Below are positions 34,293-43,126 of a stretch of 43,126 bases of DNA, one piece after another. The stretch's first letter is position 1. Every line of letters starts with the position of its first letter. The notes beneath the pieces are model-generated. The model was not told the origin of the DNA. It made no database searches and worked only from the letters and a program-made list of their open reading frames with translations. The translations under genes and the position numbers were made by a program. Source of the DNA: Nitrospirota bacterium (GTDB lineage: Bacteria; Nitrospinota_A; UBA7883; JAJRTC01); the NCBI GenBank assembly GCA_024278445.1, contig JAJRTC010000202.1:1-43126 (forward strand). The letters are read 5' to 3'.

Positions 34293-35276
34293 GTGCGCCC
34301 ACACGCTAAAGTTATTATGAGGAAGCATTTTTTTTCGCCGGTTGTTCTGGTGATTACGGTCGTTTTGGTGTTCGCGACGGGGGAATTGTGTTCCGCCATG
34401 CCGAACTACGCGAGGCAATCGGGTGTTTCATGTTTCGACTGCCATTCCAAAACCACAAACCCCGTGAGGAAAATGAAACCCGTAACAGGCGATACGCCCT
34501 CAGCCTATTCTGTTCCGGTCACAACGAAAGGTGTTGACGCGGGTTTTTCCATTCACACTGACCAAACGGAATCAGTATGGAGCGATATCACCCGCCTTCA
34601 GCACGGCGGCAGGGAAACAAAACTGCGCCTTAACAGCCACTCAGACGAAGCTCAAGACAGCCGCACATTAAAAGGTATCTCCACCCAGATTAACGGCAAG
34701 AGTTTTACGGCGGGCCTTGGCCTCGTTCGACAAGGCCTTACTCCAGATTCCAAACAGTCGCAAGACATGTCCGTATGGTACAGGCTGGCCTATAAACCCT
34801 CTTTAGGTAGGCTCAACATGACCGTTGGGCTATTCGGCTCATCATCGTCTTACGGCGAAGGCTCGCCTCTTGGCCTGAAAGGGCCCTACATGAGCTTCGC
34901 GCCCGAATCTTATGGGCTCGACGCCAAGATAAACGGCCGCATAGGCGAAGTCACTTTAGATCTTAAGGCCATGTATCTTAGCCGAAACACACACCCGGCA
35001 GAATCAGCCCTTGGCAACGACGGAGTAGACGACGGGTTTAGCGCATCGGCAAAGGTTAGCCTTTACGACGCTTTCGGTTTAAGCGCCGCATACCGCACAT
35101 ATAAAAGAGCGTCGGTGCAAGCCTCTGATAGCAGAAATATAACGTCTATAGGGGCGTGGCTGAACCTTGCCGACAACATGACGCTGGCATCGAAATACAC
35201 ATCTTTTGGTTCGTCAGACAAGGAAATACTTACAGAAGACAGCGTTTTCTCACTTCTCTTCATCACAAGTTTTTAG
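34293..35276 (+). CDS. Short divergent haem-porin paralogue (signal peptide, single CXXCH, beta-barrel-like body)
   Basis: GAGGAG SD before GTG 34293. A signal peptide ending CSA, then MPNYARQSGVSCFDCH (CXXCH at 34431-34445). Amphipathic strand patterns, with C-terminal ..FSLLFITSF. Confidence 0.6.
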   Translation: MRPHAKVIMRKHFFSPVVLVITVVLVFATGELCSAMPNYARQSGVSCFDCHSKTTNPVRKMKPVTGDTPSAYSVPVTTKGVDAGFSIHTDQTESVWSDITRLQHGGRETKLRLNSHSDEAQDSRTLKGISTQINGKSFTAGLGLVRQGLTPDSKQSQDMSVWYRLAYKPSLGRLNMTVGLFGSSSSYGEGSPLGLKGPYMSFAPESYGLDAKINGRIGEVTLDLKAMYLSRNTHPAESALGNDGVDDGFSASAKVSLYDAFGLSAAYRTYKRASVQASDSRNITSIGAWLNLADNMTLASKYTSFGSSDKEILTEDSVFSLLFITSF

Positions 35277-35312
35277 TTCTGCTGGCGCCAAGTTCGCCAC
35301 CCCACTTTCAGT

Positions 35313-35448
35313 TGTCATTCTGAGTCCGTTCGATTCACTTCGTTCACTCAGGGCAGGCTCCGCGAAGAATCTCAACTGTTGATATTAATAGTGCTATGAG
35401 ATTCTTCGTTACCTGCGGCTCCTCAGAATGACAGTTTGAACGACTTTT
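35313..35448. repeat. Full copy of the inverted-repeat element (long left arm)
   Basis: GTCATTCTGAGTCCGTTCGATTCACTTCGTTCACTCAGGGCAGGCTCCGCGAAGAATCTC ... GAGATTCTTCGTTACCTGCGGCTCCTCAGAATGAC + AGTTTGAACGACTTTTT. Confidence 0.8.
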
Positions 35449-35461
35449 TACATGTTACCTG

Positions 35462-36208
35462 CTAGAAGCGTTCGCCAACAAGCGGTGTGCGCAGTTCCTG
35501 TTCGATTCTGTCAAACATGGAGTTCGTAACTATGATGCTCGGCTTTGCGTTCACCCACTTGCGCCCGTCCCTCACTTCAGCAAAAGGAATGACCTTGATC
35601 TGGGTATAACTCCCGCGATCAAGCATCCTGATAGTGTATCTGTATCGAATAGCAAAGGAACGCGCGTTAACCGGGGTTAAAACGTCAAGAACGGTTGACG
35701 ACTTCATTTTATCTACAACCCATTCTGTAATAATGATTCCGCTGGAGCGATCTACAGTAGAGAGAGGGGTATCTAAAATAGCCTCAAGCGCCCTGCTCCA
35801 CGCAACGCCAAAGCGCATAGGATAATCTTTTTGTACGGCGTTGTTGTCGTATGTAAAAACTTTGGTAGGGGTGGCAGATTCGTCTACAAGCGGCGCAGAA
35901 GCGCCTTTTGCCGTTTCGTCTATCACCTCAAAATATTTGCGGCTCCCAGCCGTCCCCTTTAGTTGCTCGACTTTCAGGACTTTAGGCCGGCTCAAGGTGG
36001 TGCGTAGCTCGTTTTTTGTGGCGATAGGGTTCACCCTGTTTGTTTTCAGGCCGGACGGAGTAACTCCACCGCCACCCTCCCCTTTGGTTTCGCTTTCGGC
36101 CTTGCCTGTTTCGTCGTGCCCCCATATAAGTTTCGGGGTAGAACAGCCAGACACAATAAACGCGAATAAAACAGCAGGTAAAACAGTAAGCGCGAACGTT
36201 TTCTTCAT
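35462..36208 (-). CDS. Lipoprotein, DUF3576-like
   Basis: MKKTFALTVLPAVLFAFIVSGC lipobox from ATG 36208. The C-terminal half (FGVAWSRALEAILDTPLSTVDRSSGIIITEWV) resembles DUF3576. Confidence 0.5.
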   Translation of the reverse strand: MKKTFALTVLPAVLFAFIVSGCSTPKLIWGHDETGKAESETKGEGGGGVTPSGLKTNRVNPIATKNELRTTLSRPKVLKVEQLKGTAGSRKYFEVIDETAKGASAPLVDESATPTKVFTYDNNAVQKDYPMRFGVAWSRALEAILDTPLSTVDRSSGIIITEWVVDKMKSSTVLDVLTPVNARSFAIRYRYTIRMLDRGSYTQIKVIPFAEVRDGRKWVNAKPSIIVTNSMFDRIEQELRTPLVGERF

Positions 36209-36320
36209 ATTCGGATAGCACCACCAGATGATAAAAGATATAAATGCCCCTGTGGCATCCGCCATTATACGCCACAGGATTCTGATTAAAAGAGTTAAGT
36301 TTCAGGAAGTCCCCAATAAT

Positions 36321-38540
36321 TTATTTCCGGGGGGTTTTGCGCCGTGGCGAACCACGCCTTCGCGGACGACCGGTTTTTGCGGCTTTTGAGGCTTTTTTGC
36401 GGCCAGTTGTTGGCCTGCGAGCCGCTTTTTTACCACCTGTTACAACAAGCAGAAGCTCTATCTGGCGACGCTCCAGCAAAACATTCTCCACAAGAACCCG
36501 AACGCTGTCGCCCAACCGAAAAGACTTGCCGGAGCGCTCCCCTACAAGGGAGTGCCTCGTTTCATCGTAAATATAATAGTCGTCAAAAAGCGCGGTAACC
36601 CGCACAAGCCCCTCCACGGGAGGCGTTTGCAACTCGACAAAAAAACCGAACGCCGTGACGCCAGAGATGATTCCGTCAAACTCGTCTCCTACATGAGCCG
36701 CCATATATTGCGTCTGCCGCAGTTTTACCATGTCACGCTCGGCCTCGTCGGCGTTTCGCTCCATTTTAGACGCATGATTCGCAACCTGCGCCAAGGTCTC
36801 CTCGTCCGGGCCTTTTCCTTTTTTCCTGATACGCTTTTTTAAAAGCCTGTGAATCACGAGATCGGGATATCTGCGGATCGGGCTTGTAAAATGAGTGTAA
36901 TGGTCGAACGCCAAACCGAAATGGCCTATGTTATCTACCGAATATCTTGCCTGCTTCATGGAGCGCAGGAGAACATGGGTTACAAGTTTTTCCTCCGGCC
37001 TGCCCGCAAAGTGGGCGAGTATCTCCTGCATTTTTTTAGATGTTATTTTTTCATGGCTTTTCAAACGCACTCCGAAAGCATCCAGAAACTCACGGAAAGC
37101 CTCAAGCTTCACAGGGTCGGGCGAGTCGTGAACCCTGTAAATGGCCGGGGAGCCGGTTTCTTCCAAGTAACGCGCAACGGAGCTGTTGGCCGCTAACATA
37201 AACTCTTCTATTATCCGGTGTGCAACGTTCCGCTCGGCCAATATTATGCTTTCGGGGCGGCCCGTAACGTCCAGAATAATTTCAGGTTCCGGCAGGTCAA
37301 AATCTATCGCCCCACCCTTTTGCCTCTGTTTTCTTATGGCGGCGGCAAGTTTTTCCATCTCCTTAAAGCTTTTAACAAGCCCTTTATATTTGCCGATAAC
37401 CGCCTTGTCCTTTTTTTCCAGAATCGCGGCCACGTCGGTATACGTCATTCTTTCGGCAGAACAGATTACCGATTCAAAATATTCGCTCTTCTTTAAAACT
37501 CCGGCCTTGCTAAACGTCATGACGCAACTTAAGGTTAAACGCGAGACTTTGGGGTTTAGCGAGCATAAATCGTTAGACAGCTCGAACGGAAGCATCGGTA
37601 TCACCGCGCCGGGGAAATATACGCTCGTCGCGCGAGCCATCGCCTCAACGTCGAGCTTTGCGCCTTCCTTAACATAATGAGAGACATCGGCTATATGAAC
37701 GCCAAGACGCCATCCGCCATTAGCAAGTTTTTCTATATCTACAGCGTCGTCAAAATCTTTTGCGGTTTCGCCGTCGATGGTAACAACCTGTTTATCACGC
37801 AGGTCAAGCCTTCCCTTGAAATCTTTTTCAAGAGGAGCGGCAAACTTAACCGCCTCACGCAGAACGGCCTGTGGGAAATCTTTTCTTAACTTGAACTTGG
37901 CCGCCGATATTTCTATCTCTACGTTAAAATCGTCTTTTTTACCGAGAACCTTTACGATTTTACCCTGCGGTCTGCGGGCTTTGGTGGGGAAATCCGTTAT
38001 CTGCGCGATAACCGCATAACCGTCTTTTGCCCTCTTGCTATCCCCCGTGGCAATAAAAATGTCGTGGGTTACGCGCCTGTCGAAAGGAACCACATACCCG
38101 CCGCCACGAGCTTTTTCAAACGCACCGGCGATAGTTTCGCTACCGCGCTCCAGAACCCGTATAACGCGCCCTTCCCTGCGTCCGTCCGGTTTGGTGCTTT
38201 CCACCCGAACGATGACTTTATCGCCATGCATGGCGTCGTTAAAACTTCGCGGGCCAAGGAAAACGTCGTTCTCGTCCGGGTCGTCAGGAATTAAAAACCC
38301 GAAACCGTCAGGGTGAGCCTGTATGCTCCCGGTTACGAGGTTCATTTTTTCCGGCAACCCGTATCGGCCACCCTTGATTCTTACAACCGCGCCTTTCTCC
38401 GCAATGGCACGCACACGTTTTCTTGCCACGCTACGGGTAGCCAACGGGATTTTAAGGCGTGTGAGGATTTCACGCATCGAAAGCGGGTTAACAAGCAGGG
38501 CTTTTAAACGCTCCTCAAACCTGGAATCACTCAGCGGCAT
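36321..38540 (-). CDS. rnr: Ribonuclease R
   Basis: Cold-shock-like N-domains, the RNB catalytic region (DFDDAV, HYTHFTSPIRRYPDL), an S1 domain, and a Lys/Arg-rich tail. Confidence 0.95.
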   Translation of the reverse strand: MPLSDSRFEERLKALLVNPLSMREILTRLKIPLATRSVARKRVRAIAEKGAVVRIKGGRYGLPEKMNLVTGSIQAHPDGFGFLIPDDPDENDVFLGPRSFNDAMHGDKVIVRVESTKPDGRREGRVIRVLERGSETIAGAFEKARGGGYVVPFDRRVTHDIFIATGDSKRAKDGYAVIAQITDFPTKARRPQGKIVKVLGKKDDFNVEIEISAAKFKLRKDFPQAVLREAVKFAAPLEKDFKGRLDLRDKQVVTIDGETAKDFDDAVDIEKLANGGWRLGVHIADVSHYVKEGAKLDVEAMARATSVYFPGAVIPMLPFELSNDLCSLNPKVSRLTLSCVMTFSKAGVLKKSEYFESVICSAERMTYTDVAAILEKKDKAVIGKYKGLVKSFKEMEKLAAAIRKQRQKGGAIDFDLPEPEIILDVTGRPESIILAERNVAHRIIEEFMLAANSSVARYLEETGSPAIYRVHDSPDPVKLEAFREFLDAFGVRLKSHEKITSKKMQEILAHFAGRPEEKLVTHVLLRSMKQARYSVDNIGHFGLAFDHYTHFTSPIRRYPDLVIHRLLKKRIRKKGKGPDEETLAQVANHASKMERNADEAERDMVKLRQTQYMAAHVGDEFDGIISGVTAFGFFVELQTPPVEGLVRVTALFDDYYIYDETRHSLVGERSGKSFRLGDSVRVLVENVLLERRQIELLLVVTGGKKAARRPTTGRKKASKAAKTGRPRRRGSPRRKTPRK

Positions 38541-38698
38541 AACGGAAAAAACTGGAGAAAAAATTGTTCATTATCGACAGATTGTATCTCATCTTGAAAA
38601 TAATAGTGTTTTTTTAGGCTTCACCCCTTGAAGAACACAGGGGAACATGTTAAAACTTAAGGGGTTATAGCTTTTGCGGCATCTTACCGGAAACACAA

Positions 38699-39778
38699 AT
38701 GTGGCTTAATATAAACGAACTTAGCGCCGACGAAAAAAAAGTTCGCGCCCTCTACCAGTCGTTGCGGGACGACCTGCAACAGAACCTTATCGATTTTGCG
38801 CTTGTAGAATCATACGAAAACTTCAGAAAAGCAGGTGAGAACTATCCCTTTGTTGAAAAACGCGAGCTAAAACCACGCGCGAAAGTTCACGAAAGGGAAA
38901 ACTCCCTGATGAACAGCTTCATCGTGCTTTTCACAGAGTACCCACTCACGCAGAGCATGAAAAAGAACATCCGTTACTTTGACTCTAACAAAATGACCAA
39001 AGAAAACTTCGGCGAGATGAAATTAACCGACATGAAGTTTGCCGACAGGTTTCAGGCACAACAAAAATATTTCGAGTCAGACAAGTTCTACGACCTTTTG
39101 CGCTCGCTCCTCTCCGTAGACTACGCCCTGCTCATCCAGCGCGACACAACCGTAAAACAAAAAAACCGTTTTCTGCTAAGCCACTTTCATGTGCGGATAG
39201 ACTGGCTAATAGACAGCGCCGCAGAATCTCTTGGCAAGGAGTTGCGCTACATCTCAAAAGACCTTTACGAACGCGGCGAAGAATATGCCCAGGAGATGGG
39301 CGAAAAACTTTTCGAGTACTACTCGTTCCATCACTCTGTTGCAGGCAGAAGGACGGCGGCCATGCTAGCGGCCCAGTTCCTGCGCCAGGCGTCCAACTCC
39401 CTTAGCACCGTTTTTGTTTCATCCTCCGAGAGCAGGACGATAACCACGATATCTGAAAACGGAGCAAGCAAGGGGGCGCTTATCCAGCTTGATAAAAACG
39501 CTATCAAGGCGATAGAAGAACACCCGAACGGCGACCCGCAGTTCCGCAAAAAGTTTCTCATCCACGAAACGGCAGATTACGGCGTGGCCAAGTTTTTGGT
39601 GGTATATGCCGCCAATGAACATTCCAAACCGCCGACAGACGGCAAACTGCGAGAGCTTAAGGCGGATGTGCAATGGCAACGCATACGAAAACAGCTCCTG
39701 ATCCCGATCAGCAAATATTCCGCAACGCGCCCTGTCCGCTACCAGATTATTTATGACCAGCAAGACCCGTTATCGTAA
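38699..39778 (+). CDS. Hypothetical protein (359 aa), no recognisable domain
   Basis: A long ORF with host-like composition, divergent from rnr. No motif was identified by eye. Confidence 0.5.
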   Translation: MWLNINELSADEKKVRALYQSLRDDLQQNLIDFALVESYENFRKAGENYPFVEKRELKPRAKVHERENSLMNSFIVLFTEYPLTQSMKKNIRYFDSNKMTKENFGEMKLTDMKFADRFQAQQKYFESDKFYDLLRSLLSVDYALLIQRDTTVKQKNRFLLSHFHVRIDWLIDSAAESLGKELRYISKDLYERGEEYAQEMGEKLFEYYSFHHSVAGRRTAAMLAAQFLRQASNSLSTVFVSSSESRTITTISENGASKGALIQLDKNAIKAIEEHPNGDPQFRKKFLIHETADYGVAKFLVVYAANEHSKPPTDGKLRELKADVQWQRIRKQLLIPISKYSATRPVRYQIIYDQQDPLS

Positions 39779-39857
39779 GTTCCCACATTTTTTTTTCAGC
39801 GGCTATAATGGCGTTTTATATTTTAAGAGGATCCCTTAAGTAATTCAGAGGACAGGT

Positions 39858-40868
39858 TTGAGCAAAACACTTGTAACAGGAGCTGGCGGCTTCATCGGGT
39901 TCCATCTGTGCCAAAAACTGTTGGCACGCGGCGCCGAGGTTTTCGGCATAGATAACATAAACGACTATTACGACGTTTCCTTACAAAATGCGCGTCTTGA
40001 TATTTTAAAAAAGAACGCATCGTTTACGTTTAAAAAACTCTCGCTTGAAGACAACGAAGGTATCAGCGCTATATTTAGTGAAAACGACTTTCCTGTTGTC
40101 GTTAACTTAGCGGCGCAGGTAGGCGTGCGTTACTCGGTTGAAAACCCGTATGCGTATATAAACTCAAACCTTACGGGCTTCTGTAACATCCTTGAAGGTT
40201 GCAGGCACAATAACGTAAAACACTTGGTATACGCATCCTCAAGCTCCGTATATGGCGCGAACAAAACAATGCCCTTTTCTGAAACTGACAACGTGGATCA
40301 CCCGGTCTCGTTATACGCCGCCACGAAAAAGGCTAACGAACTAATGGCGCACACATACAGCAGTCTTTACGATATGCCTACGACCGGCTTACGGTTTTTC
40401 ACCGTTTACGGCCCGTGGGGCAGGCCGGACATGGCGCTGTTCAAATTTACAAAAGCGATATTCGAAGGCAAACCTATCGACGTATATAACCATGGCGATA
40501 TGCGGCGGGATTTTACATATGTAGACGACATAGTAGACGGCGTGATGAAAGTGATGGATAAAACTCCCACGGGCGACACTTCATGGAGCGGCGAGAAACC
40601 GACCCCCGGAACAAGTTACGCCCCATACCGCGTATATAACATCGGCAACCACAAGCCTGAGCCTCTGCTTAAAATGATAGAAGTGCTGGAGGGCGCCATC
40701 GGCAAGAAGGCTGAAAAAAACCTTATGCCAATACAGATGGGCGACATGAAAGAGACTGCGGCAAATATCGACGCTTTGCGCGCCGATTGCGGGTTTGAAC
40801 CTAAAACGTCTATCGAAGTCGGAATACCCGAGTTTGTAAAATGGTACCGTGAATTTTACAATGTTTAA
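39858..40868 (+). CDS. NAD-dependent epimerase, UDP-glucuronate 4-epimerase-like
   Basis: TGAGGFIGFHL, YASSSSVYG, YAATKK and GLRFFTVYGPWGRPDMA. The start is TTG. Confidence 0.85.
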   Translation: MSKTLVTGAGGFIGFHLCQKLLARGAEVFGIDNINDYYDVSLQNARLDILKKNASFTFKKLSLEDNEGISAIFSENDFPVVVNLAAQVGVRYSVENPYAYINSNLTGFCNILEGCRHNNVKHLVYASSSSVYGANKTMPFSETDNVDHPVSLYAATKKANELMAHTYSSLYDMPTTGLRFFTVYGPWGRPDMALFKFTKAIFEGKPIDVYNHGDMRRDFTYVDDIVDGVMKVMDKTPTGDTSWSGEKPTPGTSYAPYRVYNIGNHKPEPLLKMIEVLEGAIGKKAEKNLMPIQMGDMKETAANIDALRADCGFEPKTSIEVGIPEFVKWYREFYNV

Positions 40869-40933
40869 TTTTTTAAAGCCTGAATGTCATCGCGAACGTA
40901 ACTTGTGTTTCGCGTGGCGGTTTAGTTAACGCT

Positions 40934-41040
40934 GTCATTCTGAGCCCGTTCGATTCACTTCGTTCACTCAGGACAGGCTCCGCGAAGAATTTCGAAACAT
41001 AAGGCTCGTCGTCGCACTTAAAAGCGCTCCTCGCAATTGA
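40934..41040. repeat. Copy of the inverted-repeat element with a degenerate right arm
   Basis: GTCATTCTGAGCCCGTTCGATTCACTTCGTTCACTCAGGACAGGCTCCGCGAAGAATTTC ... GCGCTCCTCGCAATTGAC. Confidence 0.65.
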
Positions 41041-41095
41041 CTATTGGCGATTTCATGTTTACTAACAAGTTTCAGAACAAAAGGAAAGTTTTTCG

Positions 41096-41494
41096 ATGGC
41101 CGTTAAAATGACCGTAGCCGATTGCCAAGGGTGTCCTGGCAAATGCTGTTCCGACTTGGAAGAGCAGATAATAAAACCGCGCACAAAAGAGGATATCGAA
41201 AATTTAAAGTGGCAGTTGCATTTTGAAAACACACACGTTTTTATCCGCAACAAACGCTGGTACCAGTTAGCGCTTGGCAAATGCATATATCTTGCGGACG
41301 ACTATCATTGCACGATATACGAAGACCGCCCCGAAGTATGCAGAAGCCATATGCCGCCCGAATGCGAGCATTATGGAGAAATTTACGATGTTATTTTCCG
41401 TACTCCGGAAGATTTTATGGCCTACGTGGTAAAGGAAGACCGGAGAAAGAAAAAGATAGCCCGCGCGAAGAAGAAGAAAACGGCACGTAAATAA
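41096..41494 (+). CDS. YkgJ family cysteine-cluster protein with basic C-terminal tail
   Basis: CQGCPGKCCS and a later C..C....C pattern. Confidence 0.7.
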   Translation: MAVKMTVADCQGCPGKCCSDLEEQIIKPRTKEDIENLKWQLHFENTHVFIRNKRWYQLALGKCIYLADDYHCTIYEDRPEVCRSHMPPECEHYGEIYDVIFRTPEDFMAYVVKEDRRKKKIARAKKKKTARK

Positions 41495-41560
41495 GTATGC
41501 AGGGCACACATAAGATAACGTTCTCAGGCAAATGAAACTTCATATATGGCGGTAGCGCAA

Positions 41561-42424
41561 TTAAAAAAGCGGATAGCCCATCTCTTCGCGTAACGCAACA
41601 TAACCCTCCGCCACCTTGCGGGCGATTGCGCGCACACGGCCAATATACCTCGTCCGTTCGGTCACAGATATCGCCCCGCGCGCATCGAGCATGTTAAATG
41701 CGTGGCTACATTTCAAGCAATAGTCGTAAGCCGGCAGAACAAGCCCCGCATCTATCAGTTTATTCGCTTCCTGCTCATATTCGTCGAACCACCTGGCGTG
41801 AAGAGCCGTATCTGCGTGGTTGAAGTTATAGTCGGAAAACTGCACCTCGTCGCGGTGATGCACGTCGCCATAAGTAACGTTCTCACTCCACTTAAGGTCA
41901 TAGACGTTATCGACATTCTGCAAATACATCGTGATGCGCTCAAGGCCGTATGTAAGCTCTGCGGTGACAGGTTTTAAATCGATACCGCCGCACTGCTGGA
42001 AATAGGTAAACTGCGTGATTTCCATCCCATCGAGCCACACTTCCCATCCTAGCCCCCAGGCACCCAGGGTTGGCGATTCCCAATCGTCCTCCACAAAACG
42101 GATGTCGTGTTCGTCTGGCTTTACGCCAAGGTTCATGAGCGATTCCAGATATAGCTCCTGTGTGTTTTCAGGGTTAGGTTTTAACACCACCTGAAACTGA
42201 TAATAGTGCTGAAGCCTGTTAGGATTGTTGCCATATCGCCCGTCCGTCGGCCTGCGCGAAGGCTCCACATAGGCCGCACGCCACGGCTCCGGCCCTAACG
42301 CGCGTAAAAACGTGTGGCGGTTAAACGTTCCCGCCCCGACTTCTATATCGGTCGGCTGAAGTATTAGTGCGCCCCGATCGGCCCAGAATTTTTGCAGACT
42401 TAATATTACGTCCTGAAAAAACAT
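41561..42424 (-). CDS. glyQ: Glycine--tRNA ligase alpha subunit
   Basis: [36 protein letters not shown] and [18 protein letters not shown]. Confidence 0.95.
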   Translation of the reverse strand: MFFQDVILSLQKFWADRGALILQPTDIEVGAGTFNRHTFLRALGPEPWRAAYVEPSRRPTDGRYGNNPNRLQHYYQFQVVLKPNPENTQELYLESLMNLGVKPDEHDIRFVEDDWESPTLGAWGLGWEVWLDGMEITQFTYFQQCGGIDLKPVTAELTYGLERITMYLQNVDNVYDLKWSENVTYGDVHHRDEVQFSDYNFNHADTALHARWFDEYEQEANKLIDAGLVLPAYDYCLKCSHAFNMLDARGAISVTERTRYIGRVRAIARKVAEGYVALREEMGYPLF

Positions 42425-42622
42425 TTTTAGTTACTCGTTACCTTTATTGTTATTCCGTCCCCCAAGCCGGAACCTGTGGTTTTAACCGGAAGACGCTAAA
42501 TGAAGTTAGAAGCCTTTCCAAACAGCTAAAGCAGGATAACGCGGACAGCAAACCTTTGCAACAAGGCAGCGCCACACACCTGCCTTTGCCAAATGTTATA
42601 TAATCATCGCTGGAGGTAGCCG

Positions 42623-43126
42623 ATGACCGCGTTACGCATTGCAAACACAGTATTAGCCGTTCTGATATGCGCTGTAACAATCAAGTGGGCTCTTGTTTTT
42701 TTCAAGCCGGATAACGTGGAGCCTCTCCCCGCCAAAGCAGTAGCTCCGGTAGAACGCACCAAAAGCAAACCTGAACAAGACACTGTTAAAAGCCTCCCAC
42801 TGTTCACACCCGTAAAAAAAACTGAACCGGTATCCATAGTAAAACTGGTCGTACCGTCACTAAATATTACCGACCTTGAATTAAAAGGAATCTTTGCCAA
42901 CACAGAAAACCCGAAACTTTCCATAGCCATTATCAAGGTGAAAGGAGCCAGTGAAGTTCCGGCGCAGGTGGGAGACGAGATAAAACCTGGTGTTACGTTA
43001 AACGGTGTTGGCGCAAATTACGTTATCCTGTCGTACGAAGGAGAACTCACACGGCTCGGTTTTCCAGGAAGGGTAGCTGGTAAGGGAACACCCGGCAACG
43101 CGATTGGCTCTATCACGCCAAACGCC
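42623..43126 (+). CDS. Type II secretion system protein C-like (GspC), 3' end outside the window
   Basis: This ORF is not in the supplied track because it runs off the window. GGAGGT SD, then ATG 42623, an N-terminal TM helix, and LELKGIFANTENPKLSIAIIKV..VGDEIKPGVTLNGVGANYVILSYEGELTRL, which is typical of the GspC HR domain. Confidence 0.45.
   Translation, partial: MTALRIANTVLAVLICAVTIKWALVFFKPDNVEPLPAKAVAPVERTKSKPEQDTVKSLPLFTPVKKTEPVSIVKLVVPSLNITDLELKGIFANTENPKLSIAIIKVKGASEVPAQVGDEIKPGVTLNGVGANYVILSYEGELTRLGFPGRVAGKGTPGNAIGSITPNA

Noticed and set aside
9065-41040. Could the recurring GTCATTCTGAG...GAAGAATCTC repeats be a CRISPR array?
   Set aside because: The copies are kilobases apart, occur in both orientations as inverted pairs, and vary in length. 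No cas genes lie nearby. They fit MITE/REP-like elements, not CRISPR.
42604-42936. A 110-aa minus-strand ORF listed in the track.
   Set aside because: The plus strand carries a better-supported ORF (GGAGGT SD, ATG 42623, TM helix, GspC-like HR-domain pattern) that stays open to the window end. The minus ORF is its shadow.

Overview
This is a 43.1-kb chromosomal segment from a diderm (Gram-negative) bacterium, inferred from the lptE, mltA, BamE-like, GspC-like and porin genes. About 50 genes are present and most are housekeeping: mtaB, mltA, lptE, hflX, an L,D-transpeptidase pair, panE, DUF503-rbfA-truB, class I lysK, a lipoate ligase, a P-II-like gene, pcm, a hybrid histidine kinase, mreB, rnr, a UDP-sugar epimerase, glyQ and one tRNA-Arg.

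Four things stand out.

1. An AT-rich islet of about 2.5 kb (4693-7261) sits between mltA and a DUF2851-like gene. It holds an intact, translationally coupled pair: an unrecognisable ~227-aa protein and an XRE-HTH/ImmA-IrrE (HELAH) metallopeptidase fusion. The pair is flanked by a twice-frameshifted small gene and a transposase-tail-like remnant. This is my best candidate for a novel toxin-antitoxin or anti-phage module.

2. Two tandem but separately transcribed genes (32854-34092 and 34293-35276) encode a signal peptide, a single CXXCH haem motif and a beta-barrel. They are Cyc2-like fused cytochrome-porins, and the second is unusually short and divergent.

3. An inverted-repeat (MITE/REP-like) family built on GTCATTCTGAG...GAAGAATCTC arms occupies at least 8 intergenic sites.

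4. Several genes are interrupted or altered. There are two homopolymer frameshifts, an in-frame TAA between a DUF4124 module and a retropepsin-like domain, a decayed tautomerase gene, and a 72-nt in-frame duplication in mtaB.

I saw no CRISPR array, rRNA, integrase or intact transposase. All family names come from motif recognition by eye, not from database searches.
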